Below, piece after piece: positions 1 through 16,337 of a stretch of DNA of 64,000 bases. Below the pieces are notes generated by a model, which searched no databases, was not told the DNA's origin, and saw only the letters and a list, made by a program, of their open reading frames with translations. Origin of the DNA: Octopus vulgaris (Eukaryota); NCBI GenBank assembly GCA_951406725.2, contig OX597823.1:2108001-2172000 (forward strand). The letters are read 5' to 3'. The translations under genes and the position numbers were made by a program. Positions within the stretch are counted from its first letter, which is position 1, and the number at the start of each line of letters is the position of its first letter.

Positions 1-51
<51 letters not shown>

Positions 52-656
52 ATACAAACATATATGAGGGCGTGTATGTATATACACACACATTATATAA
101 TGTATATTCTATATAAATATATTCTATATGTATATCATCTATGTATTGCGTATACAGATACACACTCACACATTTTATATGTATACACATATATATGTAT
201 ATTTTTATTTTTCTAAATATGTCTACGCGCTCGCGTGTGCGTGTGCATGTGTGTGTGTGCGCGCGCGCGAGTGTGTGTGCGTGTAGGCGCAATATGATAG
301 GATAACGGAAACATTCAATCGCCACTAAGTGTAACTAAGGGTGCCGAAGCACCTCCATTGCTAGAAATAAGAGTTAAAGTACTCTTAATACACCCTTAGT
401 CACACACTTCGTGAGGATTGAATTTTTCCTTTATGGTATCACATTATACTGACCCCAGTTACTAGGCTGGTATTAATTTTGTTAACACCTTGAGGATGGA
501 AAGTAAAGCTGACCTCGGTCGGGTTTGAACTGAGAATGTAAAGGAACGTAACTGAATGCCCCAAGGCGTTTTGTTTTATGCATTCAATCAATTCTGCCAT
601 TCACACCAATATAGTTAAAATAATAATCTTTTCTAATATTGGCAATATTATTCAAA

Positions 657-866
657 ATAATCTTTTCTACAATAGGCACAAGGCCTGAAACTTTGGGGGA
701 AAGGGGCCGTCAATTACATCGACCCCAGTGCTTGACTGGTACTTTATTTCATCGACGCCGAAAGGAAGAAAGGTAAAGTCAACCTTGGTGGAATCTGAAC
801 CTGGATCATAAAACCGGAAGAAATGCCACTAAGCATTTTGTCTGGCATACCAATGATCCTGCCAAT
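657..866 (-). mobile_element. SINE, family S3 (tRNA-like head, conserved central domain, ATT tail)
   Basis: Shares gtcgattacatcgaccccagt..ctggtact..gaaaggcaaagtcgacctcggc..tttgaactc blocks with copies at ~440-600, 42525-42680, 44310-44500 and 51258-52285. Confidence 0.7.
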
Positions 867-887
867 ACACCACTACACAATATTCAA

Positions 888-3984
<3,097 letters not shown>

Positions 3985-4006
3985 TATTATTATTATTATT
4001 ATTATT

Positions 4007-5403
4007 CAGTAGTTTTATTTTTATAGCGTGCTTTCACTTCACTACCGAGCGCAGCTCTGTGTGCCTTGGGTATGTGCTGTGATTTGTTGTGATGCTCTGA
4101 TGGTTATTGTATGGAAAGTGTTCTGCGTAGGATGTGTGCAGTGCCTAGTAGTGCAATTTTCTGTATGTTATATGTGTTTGTAAGTCCTGGTGTTTTTGTT
4201 ATGTATTTGTCTGAATATTTTTTTATCATGCCTAATGCACCTACTATGATAGGAATTGTTTCTGTTTTCAGATTCCACATTCTAGTTACCTCCATTTCCA
4301 GGTCTTTGTATTTTGAGAGTTTCTCCATTTCTTTTAGAGACACGTTGTCATCTGCCGGTATTGATACATCAATTAGAAAGCATTTTTTTCTTCATGATCT
4401 CTGACAACTATATCTGGTCTGTTGGCCTTAATTTCTCTATCTGTGTGTATCGGCATATCCCAGAGTATGGTTGCTTTCTCGTTTTCTGTGACCTTTTCTG
4501 GTGTGTGCCTATACCATCTTTTTTCTGTTGTTATTCCATAATGTTGGCATAGCTTCCAATGTATGTAGGTTCCAACTCTGTCATGTCTGTGAATATATTC
4601 CTTCTTAGCCAGGACTGGGCAGCTAGAGATAATATGATTTATTGTTTCTTGTCCATCTCCACATATTCTGCAGTTACTTGTAATATTTCTTTTCATTACA
4701 TGTTTTTGGTAATTTCTGGTGGGGAGGCTTTGGTCTTGTGCTGCAATTAAAAATCCCTCTGTTTCTGCTTTGAGTCCTGAGCTTCTCAACCATTGCTGGG
4801 ATTTTTCTTTGTCTATTTCTTTTGCGTTTAGTTTAGTGCAGTATTTACCATGAAGGGGCTTTTCTTGCCATCGTTTTATCATGGTTCGTTGCTGTTCTAT
4901 TTTTAGTTTGGATTTCATTTGTTTTATAGCTTTTGTTGTTTCTTCATCATCTTCTTCTTCTTCTTTGTGTTTATTAGGTGGTATGATTTCTTGTTTGTAT
5001 TTGTCAGCTTCCTTAAATACTGAGAACAGTTTTTTGTTTTGCTCGTGTTTTGCTGCTATCTGGATCAGTTTTCCTTCCTTCTGAAGTAGATATTTTTGCA
5101 GTCCTATGGTGGTTATTTTATAGTAGTTTTCCAGCTGTATAAGGCCTCTACCACCTTCTATACGTTGTATATATAGTCTTTCTATGTCAGATTTTGGGTG
5201 ATGCATCCTAGATCCTGTCAGTATGTTTCTTGTTTTCCTATCTATTTTGGACAGTTCATTTCGTGTCCAGTTAAGGATATTGTAGCTGTAACTTATAACT
5301 GGGACAGCTAAAGTGTTAATACCTATTATCTTGTTTTTAGCATTGAGCTCTGTGTTTAGTATTGATCTAACTCGTCTATAATATTCTTTTTTTATTTTCT
5401 CTT

Positions 5404-5407
<4 letters not shown>
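4007..5407 (-). mobile_element. R4/Dong-type element, second subfamily, 5'-truncated
   Basis: ORF 4373-5407 (HHPKSD, CRICGDGQETINHIISSC, NRPD) plus 4104-4343 (KY.DL..E..RMW); different 3' UTR from the first copy; flanked by (TAA)n. Confidence 0.9.
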
Positions 5408-5477
<70 letters not shown>

Positions 5478-5512
5478 GTTATTATTATTATTATTATTAT
5501 TACTACTACTAC

Positions 5513-5569
<57 letters not shown>

Positions 5570-6212
5570 TTGCTACTCTACCAACTCTGACATTCTCAGT
5601 AATAATAATTTGATATGCAATTACATTGTAGATGTGAAAACCAGACGAGATAAGGTACAGCACCAGTTCCTTAGAGAGAAAAAAAAGCATTCAATTGCCA
5701 TCAATAGAAGTCTATGACCATAGCTGAAGTCCAGTAAATGTCAGCATCTTCATGTCATCAGACAGGAAAGTTAAAAACGAAAAGAAATACAAATATTGAT
5801 AACTTAGAGGCTCTCTTTTTTCACTTGATTTTTCTCTTCTCCTCTTTCTTACACACGATTCTAATTGCCAAATTCTGGCTATTTATATTAGTTCTCCGCG
5901 TACGCATTAGCATTTCTCTAAATCACCCATGAATTTCTATGGTAAATAGAGACAAATGCTGGCCGACGGAATTGGCCGACCATGAGCCGCCTGAGCAGTC
6001 ACCACTGACCCTGTCCACGGTAGAGATGAAACTATGCCTATACCTCGACACGGTCATCGATCGGTCACCATCCATCTCAGCAAATGTATATATTTGCGCT
6101 CTCCTTACAGCATTAAAAGTATTTTAACTCTTATTTCCAGCAATGTAGCAACGTAGCTGTTTCGGCAACGTTAGTCACACTTAGCGACAATTGAATTTTA
6201 CATACATACATA

Positions 6213-7493
6213 CGAGGGACGTTCAATAAGTAATGCACTTGACCCACTTGCATTTGTTTGATCTAGCTGAAATTTTCCATGTGCAATTATTTATATCTCT
6301 ATAGATTAAGTGGCTCCGAACTAATTGTGGTTTCCGATTTACAGGTGTTTGAACTGAGTCAAGTGTGAAATGGAGCCTGTTGAGTGTCGAACAGTGATCC
6401 GGTTTTTGTATTTGAAAGGACGCACATCATGGGTGACCTTTGATGAAATGAAAGTAACTTATGGTGATGATGCCCCATCATATGGCTTTGTAAAACGCTG
6501 GCATCGTGAATTCAAACATGGTCGGAACTCTGTGGAAACAGCTCCCAGATCTGGACGCCCCCTTCTGCCATTGATGAGGCATCTGTCCGTCAAGTTGAGG
6601 CTGCCATTTTGGAAGATCGATGCATAACTATTCGCCAAATAGCCCATGAGGTCAAGATTAGTACCGGGTCTGTGGAAACTATCATTCATGACCATTTACA
6701 TATGAAAAAGGTGTCTGCCAGATGGATTCCCAGGCTGCTCACACCTTTCCAGAAGCAAGAACGCGTCGAGTGCTCAAGGATGAATTTGGAGATATACCAA
6801 GAAGATGAGTCAAAGGTTTTCAAAAGACTGATTACACAGGACGAAACCTGGGTCCATCACTATGATCCAGAGACCAAAGTCCAGTCAATGCAGTGGAAGC
6901 ACCGTGACTCACCTCCTCCAAAGAAGGCAAGGGTGCAGCCCTCCGCTGGCAAGGTCATGCTCACAGTATTCTGGGACCAGGATGGAGTAGTGATGACAGA
7001 TTTCCTGGCAAAGGGTACCACAATTACAGGAGCCTATTATGCTTCACTTTTGAGGAAATTAAGAGAAGCTATCAAAATCAAGAGGTGGGGCAAGATCAGC
7101 AAAAGCATTCTCCTCCTGCAGGACAACGCTCCGGTCCACAACTCGCTTGTCGCCAGATCAGAAGCACAGGCGTGCGGCTATGAGCTCCTCCCCCATCCCC
7201 CTACTCTCCTGACCTTGCACCCTCTGATTTTCACCTCTTCCCAGCCATGAAGTTGTTTTGAAAGGAAAGCGTTTCCCAGATGATGCAGCCTTTGATTTCT
7301 GAAGTCAGGTCGTGGTTGGAGGACCGAGCTGGGGTCTTCTACAAAAACGGTATCCAGAACTGCATCAAACAATGAGAGAAATGCGTAACTCTGGGTGGTT
7401 CCTATGTAGAAAAAGACTGATAACTGTGCCAAGTTTCGTTGCTCTACTCCTATGGGAAGTGGGTCAGGGGCATTACTTATTGAACGCCCCTCG
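6213..7493 (+). mobile_element. Full-length mariner DNA transposon, 1281 bp
   Basis: ~37 bp TIRs CGAGGG(A/G)CGTTCAATAAGTAATGC..TGACCCACTT; TA target-site duplication at 6211-12 and 7494-95. Confidence 0.95.
6370..7420 (+). pseudogene. Mariner DD34D transposase with frameshifts and a premature stop
   Basis: WIPRLL, ITQDETWVHHY, LLQDNAPVH and (shifted frame) YSPDLAPSDF; C-terminus KQ*EKCVTLGGSYVEKD. Confidence 0.92.
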
Positions 7494-7496
7494 TAC

Positions 7497-7610
<114 letters not shown>

Positions 7611-7740
7611 GTGTGTGTGTGTGTGTATATAGTGAGAGCGCGTGGCTTAGTGGTGAGGGTATCGGTTCACGAACGTGTGTTCAATTCCCGGCGACGCATC
7701 TTTTTCCATATGTAAGTGTGTGTGTGTGTGTGTGTGTGTG

Positions 7741-7905
7741 TTGGGTGGTCCGGAAAGTTCGTGCCGATTTTTAAAGGAAAGAAAAAGGGCAATAAATACT
7801 TGCTATTACATTTTTAATCAAACAAATATGAACCATTTTGTTTCACAATGCGTCTCCATCTTTCCTTTAACTTGAAAATACCCTCTTCCCAGAATTGAGG
7901 TGGTT
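7741..7905 (-). mobile_element. 3' fragment of a second, different mariner
   Basis: Translates FWEEGIFKLKERWRRIVKQNGSYLFD (mariner C-terminus), followed by a TIR-like end ttgggtggtccggaaagttcgtgccgatttt. Confidence 0.7.
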
Positions 7906-7964
7906 TCATACACACACACACACACGCACACACACACACATATATACGTGTGTAAAGTTTTGAA

Positions 7965-8037
7965 TTTAGTTCACGGACCCCCAGTACTGCCTTTGCGGAC
8001 CACCAGAGATCCGCGGACCCTAGGCTGGGAACCACTG
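7965..8037. mobile_element. hAT/Charlie-like MITE terminus
   Basis: Ends in GAACCACTG (reverse complement of CAGTGGTTC) with repeated cggacc(c) subterminal motifs; related to 60370-60655. Confidence 0.5.
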
Positions 8038-9834
8038 ATCTAAAATGAAGAGTCTGGAAGCTGACAGTGTTTGGTATTATGTTTGAGTTAAAAAAGTGAA
8101 ACAGGTTTTCTTTGAAGCGCAATGAAAACAGACCCAAAGGACGGACAACTGTTAAAGGGGATCCTTTCATAACATTCTCATCTTTAAATGTTCTGTGGTT
8201 AAAGATCGAATGAAAACGACGTTTCTTTATTCTTTCTTTCTTTTTTTACATTTCCTTTAATTTGTTTTTGTTGTTTTCTCATTGGTGTCTCTTTGTATTT
8301 CTTTGTTCCTCTTCATCAGACGAAAAATAAAAAAAAAATTGTGTTTCGGTGTAAAATGTGGAGAGACTAAATTTGATGCCGCAGTGTTTTGTCTCTGGTT
8401 GCGTGTGTGGTGCCTATCGCTTTTGTTGAATCACATTAATGCACGATTGCGTATAATTTATGTAACATTCAGCAATTAACAGCTGATGATGATGCGTTGT
8501 AACAATTGTAGTGATTTCTGTGTGTGTGTGTGTGTGTACGTGTGTGTGTGTGTAAAATATGGAGAACACCGGCGCCCGGCAGCACCCTGAGAATAGATTT
8601 CCTCCAAGTATAAACAGCCCTAAGATTAAGAGATATTATGGAAGTAAGAAACATAAAACAAAATAAATTGACAGAAACAATTACAAAAAATTATGCAAAA
8701 TAGAGATAAATAGCAGAAAATTCCGTATAACTACAGATGATAAAATAGTTTTAAAAAAGAAAGGAAAAATGTTTTTAAAAAAAAGGAAGAAAAAACGAGA
8801 AAGAAATCTGAGCGAAGACGTAAAGAATTGGTTCTGGAGAATGAAGAAGACACGAGTAAATATTTGCACCATTGCAACGGACGGGATTAAAGAAACTAGT
8901 TAAACAGTGCTGCTACTGCTGCTGTTGTTGCTGTTGTTGTTGTCTGTGTTTTTGTTGTTGTTGTTGTCGTTGATTTGGCTATTTTTGTTATCACTGTCGG
9001 TGCTACTGGTTTTGTGTGTACCATTGCTGACGTTCTGGTAGCTGTTGTTATTGGTACTGTTGTCGTAGCTGTTGTTGTTGTTGTTGTTGTTGCCTTATGG
9101 TAAAATGGAAAGGAAGGTGAGTCCCTCTGCTGGAACGTTTTCTTATATAGAAATCCTGCATCTGAGCTCCCTGACACGGGGTTGATCCCGCAAGACCCTA
9201 ACGTATCGGTTTGTAATGGGTTCAAGATGGCCATCAATCTCAAGAGCACAAAACATTCTGGGGCATGACGTCAGATACACTCTGCCCAGCACAAGAATTC
9301 ACTCGAATTCAAAGGTCAAATTCTTTTGAAAGAAGCTGACTCAGCCGATATCTTCTCCGCTTTCTAAGACGCATTCATCGCAACAGATGGCAACATCATA
9401 AACCAACCGTTAATTCCTCATAGAAGTAAGCATTCCCAGCATGCAACTTCTCCTTTATCAACGATATCTTAGGCAGTCCAGACATATTCCCCGTTTGGAC
9501 AACAGCAGGCTCCGTAGTCCAGACACATGTTCCATTTGGACAACAGCAGGATCTTAAAAGAAAACCTCCAGGACAAGCTTAATCCTGTTAGTAAACAATA
9601 TGGCCGCCTTGCAACAAGTTTGGAATAGAGCGGCAAGTGTCACTTGAAACCGAAACGGAGTTATGGAGGTTTGTTGTGCTAGCAGCTAAGCAGAGATAAG
9701 GGAAATGATGGAGGGGGCGGTGTTGATGGAAGACTTATTTCAGTAAATATCCTCCGGAAATGCAACCCTTCCTTAATTTTTCCGTTGGTGATAGACAATA
9801 TATTGCAGAGGCAAAAACAAATCTGTAAATTTGT

Positions 9835-10005
9835 TTACAACCGGTGTTGATGCGTTTACGTCCCTGTAACCAAGCGGTTCGGCAAAAAGAAACCGATGGA
9901 ATTAGTATCAGGCTTAAAAAAATAAATAAATATTGGGATCGATTCATTCGACTAAAAATTCTTCCAGGTGGTGCCCCAGCATGGCCGCAGTCTAACGACT
10001 GAAAG
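9835..10005 (+). mobile_element. SINE family S1, 3' body
   Basis: Reverse complement of the 56280-56460 body (gtttacgtccc..cggttcggcaaaa..ccagcatggccgcagtc). Confidence 0.75.
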
Positions 10006-10257
10006 AAATAATGAGAAAAGATGTCACAATAAGGATGATGTAACTGGAACCGATGCAGTAAATCTCAGATCATCTTCTGCCACACTGGCACCGCACAGGT
10101 GTGTGTGTATGCGTGCGTGTGCGTGTGTGTGTGTATAGATATATATATATATGTATGTATAGATATATGTGTATGTATGTATAGATATATATATGTGTAT
10201 GTTGATACATACATACATACACACATACATACATACACACATACATACATACATACA

Positions 10258-10293
<36 letters not shown>

Positions 10294-10415
10294 TTTATAC
10301 ATACACACACACATAATTAGGTATCTCATTAAAAAAGAGTTAACAAAATGAAGTTATCCATCGTACGAAGAAAAATAAAATGGGTGAAGAAGACAGTTGG
10401 GTGTTGAGAGAGAGT

Positions 10416-10450
<35 letters not shown>

Positions 10451-10514
10451 AGAAAAAGAGAGAAAGGTAGAGAAAGAGAAAAGTAGAGAGAGAGAGAAAA
10501 AGAAAGAGAAAGGT

Positions 10515-10546
<32 letters not shown>

Positions 10547-11298
10547 AGAAAGAGAAAGAGAAAGGTAGAGAAAGGTTGAGAGAGAGAGAGAGAGAGTCAA
10601 ATAGACAAACAGAATAATATGGTGTTAAGCAAACAAAAGTAATAGAGAAGGAACAGCGAAATAATTAAAGGACAATAACAAACGAATTAGTAACGCTATG
10701 GGTGACATAGCAACACCTCCACCACCACCACCACCACGGTTACTGACAACAACCACAAAAACAACACCGCCACCTACTCTAACACCACCTATTTAACAAA
10801 GACAACCAACACCTTCCACCCCCACCACCACCGCTAATATTACGACCACCACTATTAAGAAGAACAATACCGCCGTCACTACCACCGCCACCACCACTAC
10901 CACCATCACTGCCAAGCACCACATCCCCCCCTCTCTCTCTCCTATAATAAACTTATACAACCCCACCACCACCACCGCCACCGCCACCACTCCAATGTTA
11001 TGAGCCAACAACTGCTATGCAGTGTCACTCGTGGCTGTAAGGTCAACTGACAACAAACAAAGTGGGCGTGGTCACTGAAGATTGGGAGGCGGGGAGTCAT
11101 TTTGATATAATTTCTTTTTAAACCAAAGACACGCCTCCAGCTTTTTTTTTTACTCCCCTTCACTCACATATTCATTTAGTTGCCCTAATTTATACATACA
11201 CACACGCACACTTGATTTTTTCCCTCGCTCTTTCATCCTCTCTTCTCTCGCTCCCGCTCTCTCTCCCCTCCTCCTCCCTCTGTCTCTTTCTTCCTTTC

Positions 11299-11349
<51 letters not shown>

Positions 11350-11521
11350 ACTCTGTCTAGCTTCCTTTCAATCTTTACCAACATACACAGAACCTACATA
11401 CGTGACACACACACACAAACACACACTTTCACAAATAAATTTGCACTCGACAAAAATGTAACGAGGAATCCTTCCGTTTCACGTAAAATTGCTTTTATTT
11501 TAACTCGACGTAAAAAAAAAC

Positions 11522-11846
11522 ATGTGTGTGTATGTATGTATGTATGTATGTGTGTGTGTGTGTGTGTATGAATGTATGTATGTATGTATGTATGAATGTA
11601 TGTATGAATGTATGTATGTATGTATGTATGTATGTATGTATGTATGTGTGTGTGTGTATGTATGTATGTATGTATGTATGTATGTATGCATGCATGTAAG
11701 TGTGTATGTATGTATGTATGTGTGTGTGTGTATGTATGTATGTATGTAAGTGTGTGTATGTATGTATGTATGTGTGTATGTATGTTTGTATGTATGTATG
11801 TATGTATGTATGTATGTATGTGTGTGTGTGTGTATGTATGTGTGTG

Positions 11847-11878
<32 letters not shown>

Positions 11879-11965
11879 TGTATGTAAATATGTATGCATA
11901 TATGTATGTCTGTGTGTGTATGTATGTATATACATAACATATATATGTATGTATATATATATATA
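11522..11965. repeat. Compound (TATG)n/(TG)n microsatellite
   Basis: Read directly; similar tracts at 25200-25465, 29670-30110 and 35780-36330. Confidence 0.95.
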
Positions 11966-12066
11966 TAAATGTGTAAAGGGAGAATTTACAAAAAAGCAAA
12001 AGACGAAGACAAGTAGTGTAGACAACAAACAGATGTATTAGTTTAATGCTCGGGAAGTGAAAAAGT

Positions 12067-12102
12067 CTTTAATGTTTCGAGCCTACGCTCTTCCACAGAA
12101 AG
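12067..12102 (-). ncRNA. Minimal hammerhead-like motif, variant core CUGUGGA
   Basis: cttt CTGTGGA a gagc gtag gctc GAAA ca TT aaag. Confidence 0.45.
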
Positions 12103-12295
12103 GAACACGGAAGGAAAGAAGGAGAGAAAATAAAGAATGTGTAATGGCTAGCGATCTATCATGGCGAATATATATGTTCCTCAATTGTTGTTGAATTTAT
12201 ATATATAGTCTCTGACTATTTTCTCTTTCTCACTAGACCGCTGGTGGCGAAAAAATTTCTATTGAATTTTTTGCTACCCTATATTGATTAATTAA

Positions 12296-12361
<66 letters not shown>

Positions 12362-12406
12362 CAGTTATATTATTATACATATATATGCATACATTTATAC
12401 ACAAAC

Positions 12407-12487
<81 letters not shown>

Positions 12488-12756
12488 GGAAAATATGAGT
12501 ATATAATTCTGTCGATGATACACACACAATTACAGAATCCGTCAGAAAATGAAGACATACTTCAGGAAAGGAAAAATCTGAATGAATATTTTGATTCAGT
12601 CTTATTGCAATTTGATAAAACATCGAAAAAGGTTTTTAAGTTTAAAGAGGTACGAATACATGTGAAATATTTATACAGATCTTTCCTCTCTTGGAGCGTG
12701 TATACATTTTTTGAGCGGACTCTGTATGTATGTATGCGCGCGCACACACACACATG

Positions 12757-12801
<45 letters not shown>

Positions 12802-12916
12802 TTAGCACTAAAAGAATTTAGGAACTTCATGAAATATTAAGTAAAACATATTTTAACGTTTATATATTCGTTTTGCAAGATTCTTGATGTGAATTCGTGT
12901 GTTGAAACAGATATTG

Positions 12917-13130
12917 TTGTATTTGGGGATGGTCATGTTGCCAGTTTAGACAATAAAAAACTCACAAAAAAAAAGAAAGCAAAGGACCATTGATGAGGTC
13001 ACAGAAGTGTGACGAAAGAACTCTGGCCGAAATACGATTAATATGAAATAAAAATGAAGCAAATGAACACCAAATATATAGTGCGTGTGTTTATTGGCTA
13101 AACTGGCAACATGACCGTCCCCAAATACAA
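12917..13130. mobile_element. 41-bp inverted repeats enclosing a decayed hammerhead (12985-13028)
   Basis: Arms 12917-12957 and 13090-13130; inside: gacca TTGATGA g gtcac agaagt gtgac GAAA gaac TC tggcc; a further arm copy lies at ~43472-43516. Confidence 0.65.
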
Positions 13131-14049
13131 TATTTTAACGATGGCACGTAAATCTATAAATCTCAGCGTGAAGAATATTGAGTTAAAAATACATTGAAAC
13201 GAAGAAAGTCAAAGGTTGCTCCAAGACGTCTTTTAACCCATTATTATTGCACAGGTTATCATTTCTGGCTTGATGTACTTCGAGTTCTTGGATATGAAAG
13301 AAGGAATTCTGAGAAGGAAGTCAATGATTTCAAAAATGAATAAAACCAAAGGATATTCAACTGGGTTAAAGAATTGTGTAAGAAGGAAGATAAGATTTGG
13401 TCTTCGATAAATTATTATCTGACAAAAGCAAATTCTTCTAGTTCTTCATTTAAAGGGATATATTATGCATTTGCACATATATATACATACTCAAATCTAT
13501 GTGTGTATCGTCGTCGGCGTGACCGAGTATTTAGTACATTTCCTACGACAACATAGGAAAGACAGAGCAACCCAACCTCAGCCAGCACCTACAGCCCAAT
13601 GCGGTTCTTACAATAGGCAGAGTAAGAATTGTCCATGATGGCCATCAGAAATCCAATCATCCCATGACTATATAAATATGTATATACACAGATATATATA
13701 TATGTGTATCTCTATTTTGCCGTCGTTCTGGACTAACGACCCTTCATGTTTAGTTTTGTTCGGTTTCCTTCTATATCTCCACTGTCCTTGTTTTTGTTCC
13801 CAACATTGACCCTCCATAAATCCAAAATTTTATTTTGGTACTTATGGGAGCAACTGTCTTCGAAGACTCATATTGTCGTCCAATGCTCGAAATGAGGAAT
13901 AGACAGACAGCTGACAACTGATGAAGGGTCGTTCTTTGTGTTACTTGTCCTCTTTTCCATTTGTTTCTCTCGTTGTTTGCGTATTAAACTCATTTGTTTT
14001 CGTATTCTATGTTGCTTACTGTTGGTGACGTCCTCTACCCACATATACA

Positions 14050-14087
<38 letters not shown>

Positions 14088-15283
14088 TATATCATTTATA
14101 TTATATATGTGTGTGTGTGTGTATACAAGTATATGTGTGTATACATACATACGCTGATATATATATAAATGTGTGTGTACACAAATATATGTTTTGCATA
14201 GCACAACAAAACTAAAAGACGGGAGCTGGATTGTTAACAAGGAAAGAGTTTAAAGATGGAGGAATTGAAGTTATGGTGAGAGTGGAGGAAGAGCAGTTGG
14301 TTTTGCTGAGAACCAGTGAAACTACCGACAGTGCTGTTAAATTCTTGAGAAGGGTCTTAGTCATGGTAGAGAGGTAAAAGCATCAGAACCTGGAAAAGAT
14401 TTCTTGGAACTAATTGTGTGGAATGGGTCGCTCAAAGACCGAGTTTTAATCCATGAGAACATATATAGGTTTATTTTGATACAGGTTTAGAAATAATTAT
14501 ATCAATGAAAGAGTTGAAAGCCTCAGCGAACAGATTTGCTATGCGTTTTCTAATTTAATGAAATCCGCAACTAATTGGGTGGAAGCTGTGAATATTAATT
14601 AAAGGACGGCCCAGAAAATAACGAAACAAGATTTTATTCATTTTTGATTATTTTTTCATGAAGTTTTACAAGTTAAATCACGGTTGCATATAAACATAAT
14701 AGATAAGCTTCACTCATTTACTGGCTTCAATCATTGGACTGCAGCCATGCTGCAGCACTACAGTGAAGAGTTTCGTTGATCTAATTAGTCCCAGGACTCA
14801 TTCTAAAGTCTGATACCTATAAAATCGTTCTCTTTCTTCCTAACCATCATGTTAGAGAGTAGTAGTAGTAGTAGTAGTAGTAGTAGATTATGATTTGCTA
14901 TTCTCTGTGTGGGTGCTGTAACGAGTTGAACATATCCAACCTTGACTATCTAAGCTACAGCCTATGCAGAAAACACACACAAACACACAATATGTGACAC
15001 GACACTGCTCCGTGACGGAAAGGAAACGGAATCGAAGAAATGACATTACAAAGATCAATGAAAGAAGAAAAAACTCAGGAGATTTGGAGATATTGAACAG
15101 CAAGAATTTAAAGAAACAGACAACTTTTGTTATCGAAGATCTTCAAGGAAGATAAAAAAAAAATAGAAATGATGTAGTTTGGAGAATCTGTGGAGAAAAT
15201 ATTTTCTGCAGAATTATTTCCGGTATTTTGGCGCACCAAAACGAAGACTTTTGAAATATAACCCCAAATGTAATTGGTAGAAC

Positions 15284-15337
<54 letters not shown>

Positions 15338-15771
15338 ATGGACTCTCCCCTCGTTAGACGACGTATGAGGGTTCTTCAATTTCTTATGATTTGTTTATAG
15401 TGATCAAATGTTTGTGTAGACATAAACTCACTTCCTCCATCAAATCGACATTACCTGTACAGGTGCGACAGGTGCCGCATGTCAGATGTCGAAAAGATTG
15501 CAGAACAACGTGAAATGAAGTTCTTTGATGAAGAACACGGCGCAACGCCCGGTCTGGGATTCGAACCTACGATCTTGCAATCGTGAGTGTAACACCTTAA
15601 CCACTAAACAATGCGCCTCCACATGTATCTATTTACCTACTCTATCTCATCTCCACTCAACCTACAAATCCCTCGACCGAACATATAAAAAAATAATTCA
15701 TAAACACAATCATTCAGTCCGCAATAATGAATCCATAAACACATATAAAACATCCAAAGGTATATTTTCTT

Positions 15772-15856
15772 TCCCTCTGAAGATGTTATGCTCAGGTCAT
15801 ATGAATCTAATATTCAATTAGATTCACTGTGCATTAACTGAAACAGCTGTAAGGGA
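15772..15856 (+). ncRNA. Type I hammerhead ribozyme
   Basis: tccct CTGAAGA [long helix II incl. tgaatctaat/attagattca] GAAA cagctg TA aggga; perfect 5-bp helix I; palindromic helix III. Confidence 0.85.
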
Positions 15857-16078
15857 TGATGATTGATTTGTTGTTAATAATAAACAATTAATTTACTAAT
15901 CTCTATTTTCATTTTCTTCTTTTATATGAATATAAACTATAAGTTTTTCTATATATACCTATTTTTAAAAGGAAATTAATTCCCCCCACCCAAAAAATAG
16001 GTATTCAACCAGTATTTCCTTGGATGGAACCATCCCTTCATGAGGTTAACACAATTTCTCATCGAATTTATATATATA

Positions 16079-16165
<87 letters not shown>

Positions 16166-16259
16166 GGGCTCCCAAATAAGGATGCCAAGTGCTAGGGACA
16201 CAAAAAAGGGATAAATTCATCGAGAGTGAAAATCAAAAACATTTATCTTTAACGATATA

Positions 16260-16337
16260 TCCCGGACTGATCAGTTTCTACCTCTTTCTAGCAAAACAGA
16301 CAGAATATGTTTGCTAAGGCCGGTTTCATCAGCGAGA
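16260..16337 (-). ncRNA. Type I hammerhead ribozyme
   Basis: tctcg CTGATGA [acc..tagcaaa/tttgcta..ggt] GAAA ctgatcag TC cggga. Confidence 0.8.

Noticed and set aside
8290-8325. Minus-strand CTGATGA..GAAA
   Set aside because: No helix II or helix III pairing.
9475-9550. CRISPR-like repeat
   Set aside because: Only two units with a ~6-bp gap, no cas genes, eukaryotic context.
13885-13935. CTGATGA repeat family (also ~24865 and ~50170) as a permuted hammerhead
   Set aside because: GAAA lies upstream but helices I-III do not pair convincingly.
14220-14480. Possible Penelope RT remnant (KPT and HSHH in different frames, minus strand)
   Set aside because: Too degenerate to support without an HMM search.
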